NCBI GenBank assembly: GCA_027451865.1
Contig: DAIDHW010000001.1
Coordinates: forward strand, 81,798-145,797
Direction: 5' to 3'
DNA length: 64,000 nucleotides
From: Leptolyngbyaceae cyanobacterium clean351
Lineage (GTDB): Bacteria; Cyanobacteriota; Cyanobacteriia; DAIDHW01
The notes beneath the pieces were generated by a model. It searched no databases. It worked only from the letters and a program-made list of their open reading frames with translations, and was not told the origin of the DNA. Of this stretch, positions 29,317-39,300 are shown piece by piece. Numbering within the stretch: position 1 is the first letter of the stretch; every line of letters begins with the position of its first letter. Position numbers and translations under genes: made by a program.

Positions 29317-29924
29317 GACCGGTAGACCCGCCACGCTAACTGCAACAGGGAACTAATAATTGTAGCTGCCACTACCGGTCCCCCCTTGGCTCCCTTGGTG
29401 TAGATGTAGGGCCCAGTAGTCTTTCCTAGGCGCTCCTTGACCGTGTTTTCAGCCAGCAGTACGGGCGGAGTAGCAACTATCAGGGCTGGTTTAACTTCCC
29501 CTGACTCCATCAAGTCTAAGAGAATAGCTAGGGCCATGGGGTCTTGGCCAATTACAAAAATCCCCTCTGGGTAGAGCTTAGCTAAGGTTTCTAGGCCCCA
29601 AGCCGAGGCGCTCTTGCCCACCTGCGGCCGAGTATTGGCCTCGGTGGCACAGTAGAGGGGGTTGACAAAGGTTTGTACCATAATCGGTAACAAACCCGCT
29701 CTCACCATTCCCGAATCAACGATCACCGGCGTACGTACTGCCAGGGCCGCCGCCCCTGCGTGGAGGGATTCGGGGGAGAAAACTATTTGGTCTTTATAGT
29801 CAAAGTCTCCAGTAGCGTAGACCACCTGCCGGACAATAATATAGCCAGTGGGTGAAAACTCGTGACTGCCTATTTCCTGGTCAATCAGAGCCAAACTATG
29901 AGCATCACTACTGGAGTATTCCAT
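29313..29924 (-). CDS. cobH: Precorrin-8X / cobalt-precorrin-8 methylmutase
   Basis: It has a CbiC/CobH fold, including 'IIVRQVVYATGDFDY' and 'VIVDSGMVRAGL', and is 203 aa. Confidence 0.85.
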   Translation of the reverse strand: MEYSSSDAHSLALIDQEIGSHEFSPTGYIIVRQVVYATGDFDYKDQIVFSPESLHAGAAALAVRTPVIVDSGMVRAGLLPIMVQTFVNPLYCATEANTRPQVGKSASAWGLETLAKLYPEGIFVIGQDPMALAILLDLMESGEVKPALIVATPPVLLAENTVKERLGKTTGPYIYTKGAKGGPVVAATIISSLLQLAWRVYRS

Positions 29925-29926
29925 CG

Positions 29927-30997
29927 GTGGAGCCTGCGGTGAACTTTTGGGGTCAAATTAACCATAATCCCTTAGCTCGTTACGGAGCAATGCTGTTGGC
30001 GATATTTTACCTGACTGCCCTAGGGGCAGATTTTATTGCCCCCTGTGACCCTTACAGCTTTCAATCCGGCGGCTCCTTGCTCCCCCCCACTCAGGTCTAC
30101 TGGCGGAATCCAGCTGGGGTCTGGGTAGGTCCCCACGTCTACCCCACTACCCAGGGCCCCGTGGACCTAACTACCGGGGAGCGACACCTGAGGGTAGACT
30201 GGGGTCATCCCTCCCCCCTCGGCTTCTTTGTCCCAGGGCCTAGCTACCATTGGCTAGGTGTGTCTTTGAACTATCACCTGGTCGGTACCACTGGCCCTGG
30301 GCAATTACATCTGTTGGGGACTGATGAGCAGGGGCGAGACCAGTTTAGTCGTCTGCTGTTTGGGGGGCGGGTAAGCCTGAGCATTGGCCTGGTAGGAATC
30401 CTGGTGACTTTCCCTTTGGGCCTAGTGATGGGGGGAATCGCCGGGTACTTTGGGGGCTGGGTAGATGCCCTAGTGATGCGCCTGGTGGAGGTGCTTTTGA
30501 CTATTCCGAGTATCTACCTGCTAGTAGCTCTAGCGGCGGTATTACCCCCCGGGCTTTCCAGTACCCAGCGCTTTCTCTTGATTGTACTCATTACCTCCCT
30601 AGTACGCTGGGCTGGACTGGCCCGGGTGGTGCGGGGGCAGGTGCTCTCGACCAAGACCCGGGAGTTTGTCCAAGCCAGTCAAGTTATGGGGGCAAGTACT
30701 ATGCGGCTGCTCACCCGTCATATCCTGCCCCAGAGTGCCACCTACGTGATTATTTCTGCTACCCTGGCCATTCCCAGTTTTATTGAGGCCGAGGCGGTGT
30801 TGAGCTTAATCGGCTTGGGGATCCAAGACCCAGACCCCTCCTGGGGCAACCTCTTGGCCCTGGCTACTAATGCCTCAATTCTGGTACTCGAGCCCTGGTT
30901 AGTGTGGCCGCCGGCGGTGGCAATTGTCCTCACGGTCCTAGGGTTCAACCTGTTAGGAGATGGTCTACGAGATATTCTAGACCCCCGCACCCCCTGA
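29927..30997 (+). CDS. ABC transporter permease, oligo/dipeptide (DppC/OppC) type
   Basis: It has a DppC-like N-terminus ('GADFIAPCDPY') and the EAA loop 'QASQVMGASTMRLLTRHILP'. The ORF track start (GTG 29852) would overlap divergent cobH by 73 bp, so the in-frame GTG at 29927 is proposed. Confidence 0.75.
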   Translation: MEPAVNFWGQINHNPLARYGAMLLAIFYLTALGADFIAPCDPYSFQSGGSLLPPTQVYWRNPAGVWVGPHVYPTTQGPVDLTTGERHLRVDWGHPSPLGFFVPGPSYHWLGVSLNYHLVGTTGPGQLHLLGTDEQGRDQFSRLLFGGRVSLSIGLVGILVTFPLGLVMGGIAGYFGGWVDALVMRLVEVLLTIPSIYLLVALAAVLPPGLSSTQRFLLIVLITSLVRWAGLARVVRGQVLSTKTREFVQASQVMGASTMRLLTRHILPQSATYVIISATLAIPSFIEAEAVLSLIGLGIQDPDPSWGNLLALATNASILVLEPWLVWPPAVAIVLTVLGFNLLGDGLRDILDPRTP

Positions 30998-32395
30998 CTT
31001 TTGGGCCTGGTAAAGCTGCTTAAAGCGTAACTGCTGCCGGTGGTGGTCCACGATGGGTGAGGGATAGCCCAAGTGGTGGCGCTCCAGGGGGGTAATCAAG
31101 CCCTGGCCCAACTTTTCCGGGTCGAGGGAGCGTAGTTCAGGCAGCCAGATGCGCAGGTACTCAGCCTCTGGGTCAAACTTCTGGCTCTGGGTAGTGGGAT
31201 TGAAAATTCTCAAGGGGTGAGGGTCGAGGCCGCTCGAGGCACTCCACTGCCAGCCACCGTTATTAGCCGCCAAGTCCCCATCGACCAGGTGGGCCATAAA
31301 GTAGCGCTCGCCCCAGCGCCAGTCCACCAGGAGGTCCTTAGTTAAGAAGCTTGCCACTACCATACGGCAGCGATTGTGCATCCAACCGGTAGCCCGGAGC
31401 TGGCGCATGGCGGCATCCACTAGGGGGTATCCTGTTTCCCCAGCACACCAGGCCTGGAAATAGTCCAGGTTGTTCTCCCAGGGGAAGTTACGCAGTTGCG
31501 GCCGGTGACACTCCGTTGCCAGAGCAGGAAAGTGATAAAGGGCGTGTTGGTAGAATTCTCGCCAGGCCAGTTCCTGGCGCCAGGCTTGGATGCCAATACG
31601 GGCTGGCTCTCCGGGGTTATCTTCCCAGCAGACCTGGGTAGCCGCCCAAATCTCCCGGGGCCCGAGGGTGCCAAACTTGATTGCTGCGCTCAGCAGGGAG
31701 GTGGCTGCCTGGGCCGGGAAGTCTCGCAGTTCCTTGTAAGTCTGGATCCGGTAGGCGCAAAATTCCCTTAGTTGGGCCTGGGCAGCAGTGGCCCCGGGGG
31801 TGACCAACAGCTCCCCTGTCCAGGTGAACCCTAACTGTGCCAGGGTGGGGACGGGCAGGCTATTTCCTCCCTCGATCAGCCGGGGTGGGCAGGGCAGTGG
31901 GACTGGGGTGGCCTTCGGGAGACTACTCCAGTTGCGCCAAAAGGGCGTGTACACCGTGTAGGGCTGACCAGCCCCGGTTTGCACCTCTAGGGGTGAGTGG
32001 AGGGGCTGGTCCCAGAAGGTCCGTACGGCAATCCCCTGAGCCGCTAGAGCCTCTCTGACCCGCTGATCACGGTCCCGGGCATAGGGTTCCACATCCAGGT
32101 TCCAGAATACCCCTTGGGCTCCTTGGGCGTGAGCCAGAGTCGGCAGAGCCTGCTCTGGGGCTCCCCGGAGGAGGAATAGATAGCTACCTAGCTGTCGGTA
32201 AGCTTCACCGAGCGCATGGAGACTGCCAAGCAGATAGGCCAGGCGCGCCGGGGCCACCTCCTGTGGCTCGAGTAGCAAGGGGTCCAGACAAAAAACCCCG
32301 GCCCACCGCCGCGAAGTGGTGCTGGCGGTGTAAAGGCCAAGGTTATCCTGTAGCCTCAGGTCCCGCCGGTGCCAAAACAGAATTAGCTCATCCAT
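30977..32395 (-). CDS. phr: Deoxyribodipyrimidine (CPD) photolyase, class I
   Basis: It has the 'LFWHRRDLRLQDNLGL' N-terminus and the FAD-binding C-terminal 'WMHNRCRMVVASFLTKDL...GDLAANNGGWQW'. Confidence 0.92.
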   Translation of the reverse strand: MDELILFWHRRDLRLQDNLGLYTASTTSRRWAGVFCLDPLLLEPQEVAPARLAYLLGSLHALGEAYRQLGSYLFLLRGAPEQALPTLAHAQGAQGVFWNLDVEPYARDRDQRVREALAAQGIAVRTFWDQPLHSPLEVQTGAGQPYTVYTPFWRNWSSLPKATPVPLPCPPRLIEGGNSLPVPTLAQLGFTWTGELLVTPGATAAQAQLREFCAYRIQTYKELRDFPAQAATSLLSAAIKFGTLGPREIWAATQVCWEDNPGEPARIGIQAWRQELAWREFYQHALYHFPALATECHRPQLRNFPWENNLDYFQAWCAGETGYPLVDAAMRQLRATGWMHNRCRMVVASFLTKDLLVDWRWGERYFMAHLVDGDLAANNGGWQWSASSGLDPHPLRIFNPTTQSQKFDPEAEYLRIWLPELRSLDPEKLGQGLITPLERHHLGYPSPIVDHHRQQLRFKQLYQAQKSGGAGV

Positions 32396-32401
32396 AGGGA
32401 T

Positions 32402-33262
32402 TCACCTGAGGCCACTGGCCATACCGATCAGCAGCAGAAAACCTAACCCAACGTTTTGTTCAAAAACTGGTGGATAGGACCCAAGGCGCAACCGGGAGTA
32501 CTGCCAAGCCCAACCTAAGGCAGTCACCCCCCAGGCTCCCCAGAAGCCTAAGCCCAGGTGCATTAGTATCCCCAATAGCCCTAGCATTAGGGCAGTGGCC
32601 AGGAAAAACAACCCGACTGCCTCCGGCGCGTGCCGATCAAACAAAATTGTTCCGGAGTGGAGACCTAAGCGACGGTCATCCTCCCGGTCCGGCAGGGCGT
32701 AGGCAATGTCAAAGCCAAGGGTCCAGCAGATAGTCGCTCCCCACAGCAGCCAGGTAGAGGGTTCTAGCCGGTTGGTGGCGGCACTCCAGGTGATCAGGAC
32801 TCCAAACCCCCAAGCCAACCCCAATACTAGCTGGGGGAGAGGGAAATAGCGCTTAGCCGAGGGGTAAAGGAGAATAACCGGTACCGCCGCCACACACAAA
32901 CCAAAGCTGAGGGGGTCACGCTCAGGGTTAATGTAAAAGGCCGCTGTGGCTGCACATACTAAAGCGAGCAAGGCCACCACCACCGCCACCCTCACTGTCA
33001 GGGTCTTAGCTGCCAGAGGTCGGCCCTGGGTGCGTTTTACCCGGGCATCAATGCGGCGGTCCCAAAGGTCATTAACTATACAGCCGAGGGCGCTAGTGGC
33101 CAGAGTACCCACTACCACCACCAGAACTAGGCCCAAGGGGGGCCGGTCCCGGGTCGCCAAGACCAGGGCCCAAAGAGCAGGGATCATTAGGATCAGTCGC
33201 CCTGCTGGCTTGTCCCAGCGCAGCAGACGGACCACGGTCCAGAGGAGGGGTTCTGAGGGCAT
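32402..33262 (-). CDS. ubiA: UbiA-family 4-hydroxybenzoate / homogentisate polyprenyltransferase (quinone biosynthesis)
   Basis: The Asp-rich motifs 'NDLWDRRID' and 'YALPDREDD' are present, and the product has 8-9 TMS. Confidence 0.85.
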   Translation of the reverse strand: MPSEPLLWTVVRLLRWDKPAGRLILMIPALWALVLATRDRPPLGLVLVVVVGTLATSALGCIVNDLWDRRIDARVKRTQGRPLAAKTLTVRVAVVVALLALVCAATAAFYINPERDPLSFGLCVAAVPVILLYPSAKRYFPLPQLVLGLAWGFGVLITWSAATNRLEPSTWLLWGATICWTLGFDIAYALPDREDDRRLGLHSGTILFDRHAPEAVGLFFLATALMLGLLGILMHLGLGFWGAWGVTALGWAWQYSRLRLGSYPPVFEQNVGLGFLLLIGMASGLR

Positions 33263-33265
33263 AAA

Positions 33266-34042
33266 TCAGGGGGAGCGCAGCTGGGCTGACCGGTTGAAGT
33301 GGAGGCGAAACAGACCTTCCGTAACTATGATGGCTGCGATTAGGTTGGAAGAGGCGAGCATAAAAGCAATCAGGATTTGGTAAAGGGAGGCCTGTAGAGG
33401 GTCAACTCCTCCCAGAATTTGACCAGTGATCGTGCCTGGCAGGACTACCAAACCCACCACCAGCATAAAGTTAATGATGGGCATCATTCCCACCTTGATA
33501 GCCTCCCGCCGGTAGGAGCCCATAGCCTGAGCAGGGGTTGCTCCTAAGCTCAGGTGGGTTTCGATCTCCAGGCGGCTAGACCGGCAGACGCTTGCCAAGC
33601 GCTCCCCGGCGACAGCGGCAGTGTTCATGACATTGCCGATCATGATCCCCGCTAAGGGAATCAGGTAGTGGGGGTCGTACCAGAGGCTTGGCCGGATCAC
33701 CACTGCCGCGGTGTAGACCAGGGTTACCCCTGTCCCGAGGGCAATCGCAGCAAATACAAGGGGGCCAAGCCAGGGGGATGCTAAACCAATCCTACCCCCG
33801 GCCACCCGGGCGGCAATCACCCCCATGAATAGGATCACCCCCAGTACCAACCAGGGATTTTGCCAGGCAAACACGGACCCGAGAATATACCCCACCATCA
33901 GCAGCTGCAGGACTGTCCTCAGAGTAGCCACGGCCAGACTCTTTCCCAGACCCAGGCTCTGCCACGCCGACAGGGCTACCGCTAAGACCATCAGACCTGC
34001 TGCCCATGCCAGGTCTTGAAGACTAAGTTGAATCAGTTCCAC
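33266..34042 (-). CDS. UPF0014 / FetB-like ABC-type iron-export permease
   Basis: The 258-aa polytopic protein resembles YbbM/FetB and has a GTG start. Confidence 0.6.
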   Translation of the reverse strand: MELIQLSLQDLAWAAGLMVLAVALSAWQSLGLGKSLAVATLRTVLQLLMVGYILGSVFAWQNPWLVLGVILFMGVIAARVAGGRIGLASPWLGPLVFAAIALGTGVTLVYTAAVVIRPSLWYDPHYLIPLAGIMIGNVMNTAAVAGERLASVCRSSRLEIETHLSLGATPAQAMGSYRREAIKVGMMPIINFMLVVGLVVLPGTITGQILGGVDPLQASLYQILIAFMLASSNLIAAIIVTEGLFRLHFNRSAQLRSP

Positions 34043-34063
34043 AGGGCAGCTTCCCCTACGAGA

Positions 34064-35350
34064 CTACAGGTGGGGGTCTACCCGGCCAATCACCACGATC
34101 CTACCGTTTGGCTGGACGCGCCAGATGTCATAGCTGCCCACCACATCCCCATTTTTGTCCAGGTTCAGGTTGCCGCTGGCCCCCTCGTACTTGATTTTCT
34201 TACCCTGGGCTAGGAGCTTCAGGCCTTGGCATACATCCGTGACCTGGACCCCTCTGGGGGATGTGACCTGACGCAGGCTAGTGCGAATAGCCTCGCCAGT
34301 GTTTGCATGAGCCGCCTGGGCAGCAAGCACTAGTAAGGCGGCCGCATCCCAGGCCTGGGGAACGTAGGGACTGAGGGGACGATGGTAGGTAGCCTGCCAG
34401 AGTTTAGCAAGGGCCCGCAGAGCCTTACCGTGGGCCGCCGGTACCGTGCCGATGGCCCCCGCCAGAATATAGGAGCCATTGGGGGCTACTCCCACCTGTT
34501 TCGGAAAATCAGGGGAGTCCACCCCGTCTGTCAGGAGAATCTGGACGCCCTTACTGAGGCCTTGTTGGTAGGCACTCTTGAGGATCAAACTACCAGTCTC
34601 GGCGTAGAGGATGGCAGCCACCCCATCGGGATGATTGGCAAAGGCTTCAGCAGCCTCCGTGTCAAAGGTGGTGGCTTTGGGGTCGTAGCGGACCGGTTGA
34701 CTTTGGTCGAGGATAGTACCCCCTAGGCGGGTGAAGTCCTTGGTAAAGGCCTGCTCAAACCCCACCCCGTAGTCATTGTTAATCACGATGGTGGAAACCC
34801 GCCGCAACCCACGCTGGTAGGCTAAATCAGCTAAGGCCAGAGCCTGGTAGGTGTCAGGGGGGACTGTCCGGGCCCAGTAACCATGGAATTTGCCAGCTGC
34901 TGCTTCCTGGGTAAAGACTGGGCTAGTGCTGCCGGGGGAAATTAACATCACATGGTCTCGCACCGCGATCCCCACTGCCGCACTAGAAACGCTGCTAGCA
35001 AAGGAACCGACAACCCCGGCTACCCTGTCCACCTCCGCCAGTTTGGTCATGGCCTCAGCTCCCGCCCTCGGGTCTGTCTGGTCATCCTCGGCAAACAGGG
35101 TTACGGGGGCGCCATTCACCCCGCCGCACCGGTTAACAGTTTTTACCAGTAGGGGCACGGCGTTGATCATCGGTTGGCCAACGGAAGCTAGATCACCCGT
35201 AGCCGGCAACAGAGAACCAATCCGCAACCCCGAGGCTGACCCCCCTGGGCTGGTCTGATTCTGACAGCCTCCTAGCATGTAACCGAGGCCCAAGGCAGCC
35301 ACACCTAAGACCAAGGCTCGGCGCCAACGGGGGGAGGAATTGGAAGACAT
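34064..35350 (-). CDS. ABC transporter substrate-binding lipoprotein (type I PBP, Liv/urea-like family)
   Basis: The internal ATG gives a signal peptide with the lipobox 'YMLGGC'. It has a periplasmic-binding fold throughout. The ORF track extends to a TTG at 35365. Confidence 0.75.
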   Translation of the reverse strand: MSSNSSPRWRRALVLGVAALGLGYMLGGCQNQTSPGGSASGLRIGSLLPATGDLASVGQPMINAVPLLVKTVNRCGGVNGAPVTLFAEDDQTDPRAGAEAMTKLAEVDRVAGVVGSFASSVSSAAVGIAVRDHVMLISPGSTSPVFTQEAAAGKFHGYWARTVPPDTYQALALADLAYQRGLRRVSTIVINNDYGVGFEQAFTKDFTRLGGTILDQSQPVRYDPKATTFDTEAAEAFANHPDGVAAILYAETGSLILKSAYQQGLSKGVQILLTDGVDSPDFPKQVGVAPNGSYILAGAIGTVPAAHGKALRALAKLWQATYHRPLSPYVPQAWDAAALLVLAAQAAHANTGEAIRTSLRQVTSPRGVQVTDVCQGLKLLAQGKKIKYEGASGNLNLDKNGDVVGSYDIWRVQPNGRIVVIGRVDPHL

Positions 35351-35427
35351 AGGGGAGTTGTGCAAATGCTTAGGAAAGAATTATAGGTGATCTGCAGGTT
35401 GAGGGGGGATAGGCAAGTCTCCTCAGC

Positions 35428-36324
35428 CTAGGAGTCCCCAAAACTAATCTGTTCAGAAATGTAGTCAGGGGGCTCTACATGGATTATTACCCGGGCTGGA
35501 CCGTACTGCTCTTCGATTAAGGCTTCTACCTGTTCGGTGATCTCGTGGGCACTGGGCACATCTGTAGGAACGACGATCAGGTGCATCTCCACAAACACTT
35601 GCCGGCCGACGATGCCGCGGGAAGCAATCTCATGACAGTTAAGGACCCCCGGCACCCCCATAGCTAGGGCATAGATGGCTTCCGGGGCAATGGCCATCTG
35701 GTCTACCAGCCAGGGCAAGCTAGATTCGACTACCTCCCAACCACTCCAGAACACCAGCAGCCCTACGGGGAAAGCCAACCACGCGTCTATCCAGGGATAA
35801 CCTAGATGCACCCCAATTAGCCCGGCAATGACCACGATGGTAACCCACAGGTCACTGAGGTTGTGCCGGGCATCGGCTAGGAGCAGGGGGCTTTTGAGAC
35901 GCTCTCCGACCCGCCGCTCGAGTAGGGAAACGGCAGTGTAACCCCCTACAATCAGTAACATCCCCCCTAGAACTCCCAAGGGAATGGATACTGTCTGGCT
36001 ATGGTTAGTGATCCGCTCCACCGCCCCCTGAAAGATCTCAAAGCAGGCAATTCCCAAGAAGACAGCGATGCCCAAAGTACCGACAGCCTCAAACTTCTGA
36101 TGGCCGTAGGGATGGTCCCGGTCCGGCTCGGGGGCTGCCAACTGATGGGTAACTAGGGCAAGTAGATTACTAGAGACATCGGTGACGCTATGGAGAGCTT
36201 CCGCCAGCAGACTCAAGGACCCTGTCCACCAGCCCATGGCTGCCTTCAGAGCTGCCACCAATACATTGAAGACTAAGGTAAACATTAGCACCCGCTGCAC
36301 CCGGGAGCGAGAAGAGATGGTCAT
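35428..36324 (-). CDS. Cation diffusion facilitator (CDF) divalent-metal efflux transporter
   Basis: It has six TMS, with HxxxD metal sites in TM2 ('HSVTD') and TM5 ('HNLSD'), and a cytoplasmic CTD. The start ATG overlaps the upstream large-ORF stop (ATGA). Confidence 0.85.
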   Translation of the reverse strand: MTISSRSRVQRVLMFTLVFNVLVAALKAAMGWWTGSLSLLAEALHSVTDVSSNLLALVTHQLAAPEPDRDHPYGHQKFEAVGTLGIAVFLGIACFEIFQGAVERITNHSQTVSIPLGVLGGMLLIVGGYTAVSLLERRVGERLKSPLLLADARHNLSDLWVTIVVIAGLIGVHLGYPWIDAWLAFPVGLLVFWSGWEVVESSLPWLVDQMAIAPEAIYALAMGVPGVLNCHEIASRGIVGRQVFVEMHLIVVPTDVPSAHEITEQVEALIEEQYGPARVIIHVEPPDYISEQISFGDS

Positions 36325-39300
36325 GAACCTCTCCGGTGAAGTACTTGGGAAATATGCATCAGAACCGCAGGATAGCTCAACACAATCGTACCGGCAGCGG
36401 TGCCGTGGAGAAATTCTACCTCGCCCACTGCTCCGATTGTAGAGGGAGATACCCAGGGGAAAGGGTCTAGGACTGGCCCAGGTTTTTGGGCCTCGAGGAA
36501 GTGTACCCCCCGTAACATAGCCAAAATACAAGGGCGGACCGGTGAGGTGCCTTCCGGGTCAAGGAGGTGGCGGCGGGGTCGCTCGGTGTTATTCAAGTTA
36601 CCGAGTTGTTGGTCATCTACCCAGGAATACATGCAAAATCCCGACTGGGGCCGGCCGCTCTCCTCCGCCACGTGCAACGTGGCAAAGCTATAGATGGGGA
36701 TGACTCCTGGCCCGGGGCGCCCACCAAGCAGCGCCCCGTGATCAAGGGTTGAGGGGACCTCGAAGGCAGCCTGGGGGGAGGTCCGCCGGTGTAAACGGGT
36801 GACGGGAAAAACATCCCGCAGCAGAGGGTAAATTACTAACCCAGGGAAGGCTTGGTAAACTTCCCGCAGAAATTGGAGTGGGAAGGGGGATAGACCCAGG
36901 CGCCGTCCTTCCCGCCGGGTGTGGGCTAACAGCATGATGTGCTCGCAACCGAGGGAAGCCAGCCGGGAGATTTCTTCCTTGACCAATCTCTGGGTCTGCA
37001 AACCGGCCTGGCCTTCCGTCAGATCAATACCACGGTGTTCCCGCTGCAAACGGTACCCAGGCCAAGGGGTGTCGATGGCCGTGGCGCTGTAGCTTTGGGT
37101 ACAACAGAGGCAGTTTTCCTCCCCGTGACTGGCTTGGCCCAATTCATCACAGGGACGGTAGGCATAGGAGACCAGACCTAACTTGGCCAGGTGGGGTAAC
37201 GAACCGGTACTGATCCCCAAGGGAAAGGCACAGGCTAAGGCTTGGAAGGCACCACCCTTGACGTACTTGGTGGTAGGCTTGCGGGGGTCTAGGTTGTCGA
37301 TCATCACCCCTTGGCAAAAGGTGGGCTGCTCTTGGGCCAGAGCTGCACTAATGGCCTTAGCAGCTGCGTAGACGTAGTCAGCGCCTCCCCCTGGGGCCGG
37401 CTGGCCTTGTGCCTGAAACCGCAGCATCAGTAGTGTCCAGGTCTGCGCCTTGAGGGTTAGGTGGGCCCGCAGGCAGTCTAGACAGGTGTAAACCAGCACG
37501 GTAAAGGCGGTAATTGCCACTGCGTGGGCTTGAGCCCTTTGGCGGTCCTCCTCCTGGGGCTGAGAGCGGGTCAGGTAGCGGTAGTCGTACTCCACCCGCA
37601 CCGCCCCCGGTAGGAGCCAGTCCCGGGTGACCAGCGGGAGGTTGCTGGGCACCCAACCTACCTGCAAAAACTGGGGGGTGGGAAGGCGTTGAATCTGCAG
37701 CTGGAGGGGGGGGCCCTCTGGTACTAGATCGTATTCGGCGATCCGGGTGACCACCTTGATGGCAAACAAGAGGTGTTGGTCCTCTGGCCGGCTACGAATT
37801 TGTACCTGTCTAAGCCACTCGCTGGGGCTATGGGTGGGATTGGTAGCTTGGATCAGTAGGTCCTTAGTGCCAGGCTCGGCCCCCTCCAGGCGACTCCAGT
37901 TGACTATCCCCCTTTGAACACAGATGAATTGCTCCCGGACCTGGGTCCTAGTCTGGGCGACAATCTGCCGGCCTTTAGTCCGTAACACTTCCACTAGGGC
38001 TCGGGCAATGGTGTTCACTAGTCCCGCTTGCTGGCGCAAGTCTGCTAGCAGTTCCCTCACGAGTCCCCGGCCTTCAGTTTTCAGCCTGTCTAGGAGTTGG
38101 GTGAGGTCCTGGTCTAGGGAACCCCCGCCCCTGGGTAAAGCCAAGGTTAAGAATACTAGTTGAGCTAGGGAGGATTCTAGGTAGGGGACCTTGCCCGAGT
38201 CCTCTAGGAGGGCGGTCTTGATTTTTGCCAGCCGCTCGAGAAAGGTACTTTGACCACTATCTGGGTTATTGCCATTGACCCGAAATCGATAACTGACCTC
38301 CCGCTCCACTCCCAGGGCTTGGAAGCTGAACATCTGGGCCTGAGGTTCAATCCACACCGGCAGACAATAGGAGAATCCCACCTGGTCCACTTGAGACCAC
38401 AGGGAGAAATGCCCCCGCAACCCGTATTGGGGAGACATTTCCATCTCTGGCTCACCCTGTTGGACTAGGTTAAATAAACCCAGTACTCGAGTTATGTAAC
38501 TTGAGAGGGCCTGATGGGCAGTACAGGCGTTAGCAGGGATATTCCCAGCCAGATTCTCCATAATCTGGTTGCCGATCCGCAGGCGGATTCGACCTAGGAC
38601 TTGTTCCTCGAGGAAGCGCCAAAAACTAGATAACTGACTTGTGGGGTCGTCCTGTTGCACCCCTAGGCTGGCGCAGGCCCGGTCCACCAGCTCTGGCTCA
38701 CAGTCTCTCCCCTGCTCAAGGTGGTGACCGATCGCACGCACCATTGCCGGAAAGTGGTCCCTAGTTTCGACCTGTTCGCGGGCAGTGATCAGTCTGGCTA
38801 ATCCGGCTTGACTTGCACCAGCGGCAGTCTGCAGTTTCAGGGGTGTGAGATTGACCGGTTGGGCCACCGGGAAGCGGTAGGCCAGCCTCAACCGAGTGGC
38901 TAAAGCGCGCAGCTGATCCCCCTCCTGCAACAGGGGAGTTGGGAGGGTGGGCAAGGCGGCGGTTAGTTCCTGGTCAATGGCGGCCCTGAGACGGTCTAGA
39001 GCCCTAGGCAGCCTCTCCTGGTTACCGGGAGGCAGGGTAGCACCCATCTGGCAGCGGGAGCGGGGGGCCGGCCGGGGAAAATTGACGATAAAGGGGTGGC
39101 CCTCACCGGGGTCAGTCAGGGTTTTGAAGTCTGGGTGCTGAAACAGTAGGGCGAAGACCTTGTCAGTAGTCAGACGGAGATGCTGATCACCGGTTGAGCA
39201 TAGACTGCCAGGGGGGGCTGTCTGCAGAACCTCCCCTAGTAGCTCCACTAATCGAGCTAAGTTCAGGGCCGGCCGGGCAACCTTGGGTCGTAGCTGGGCA

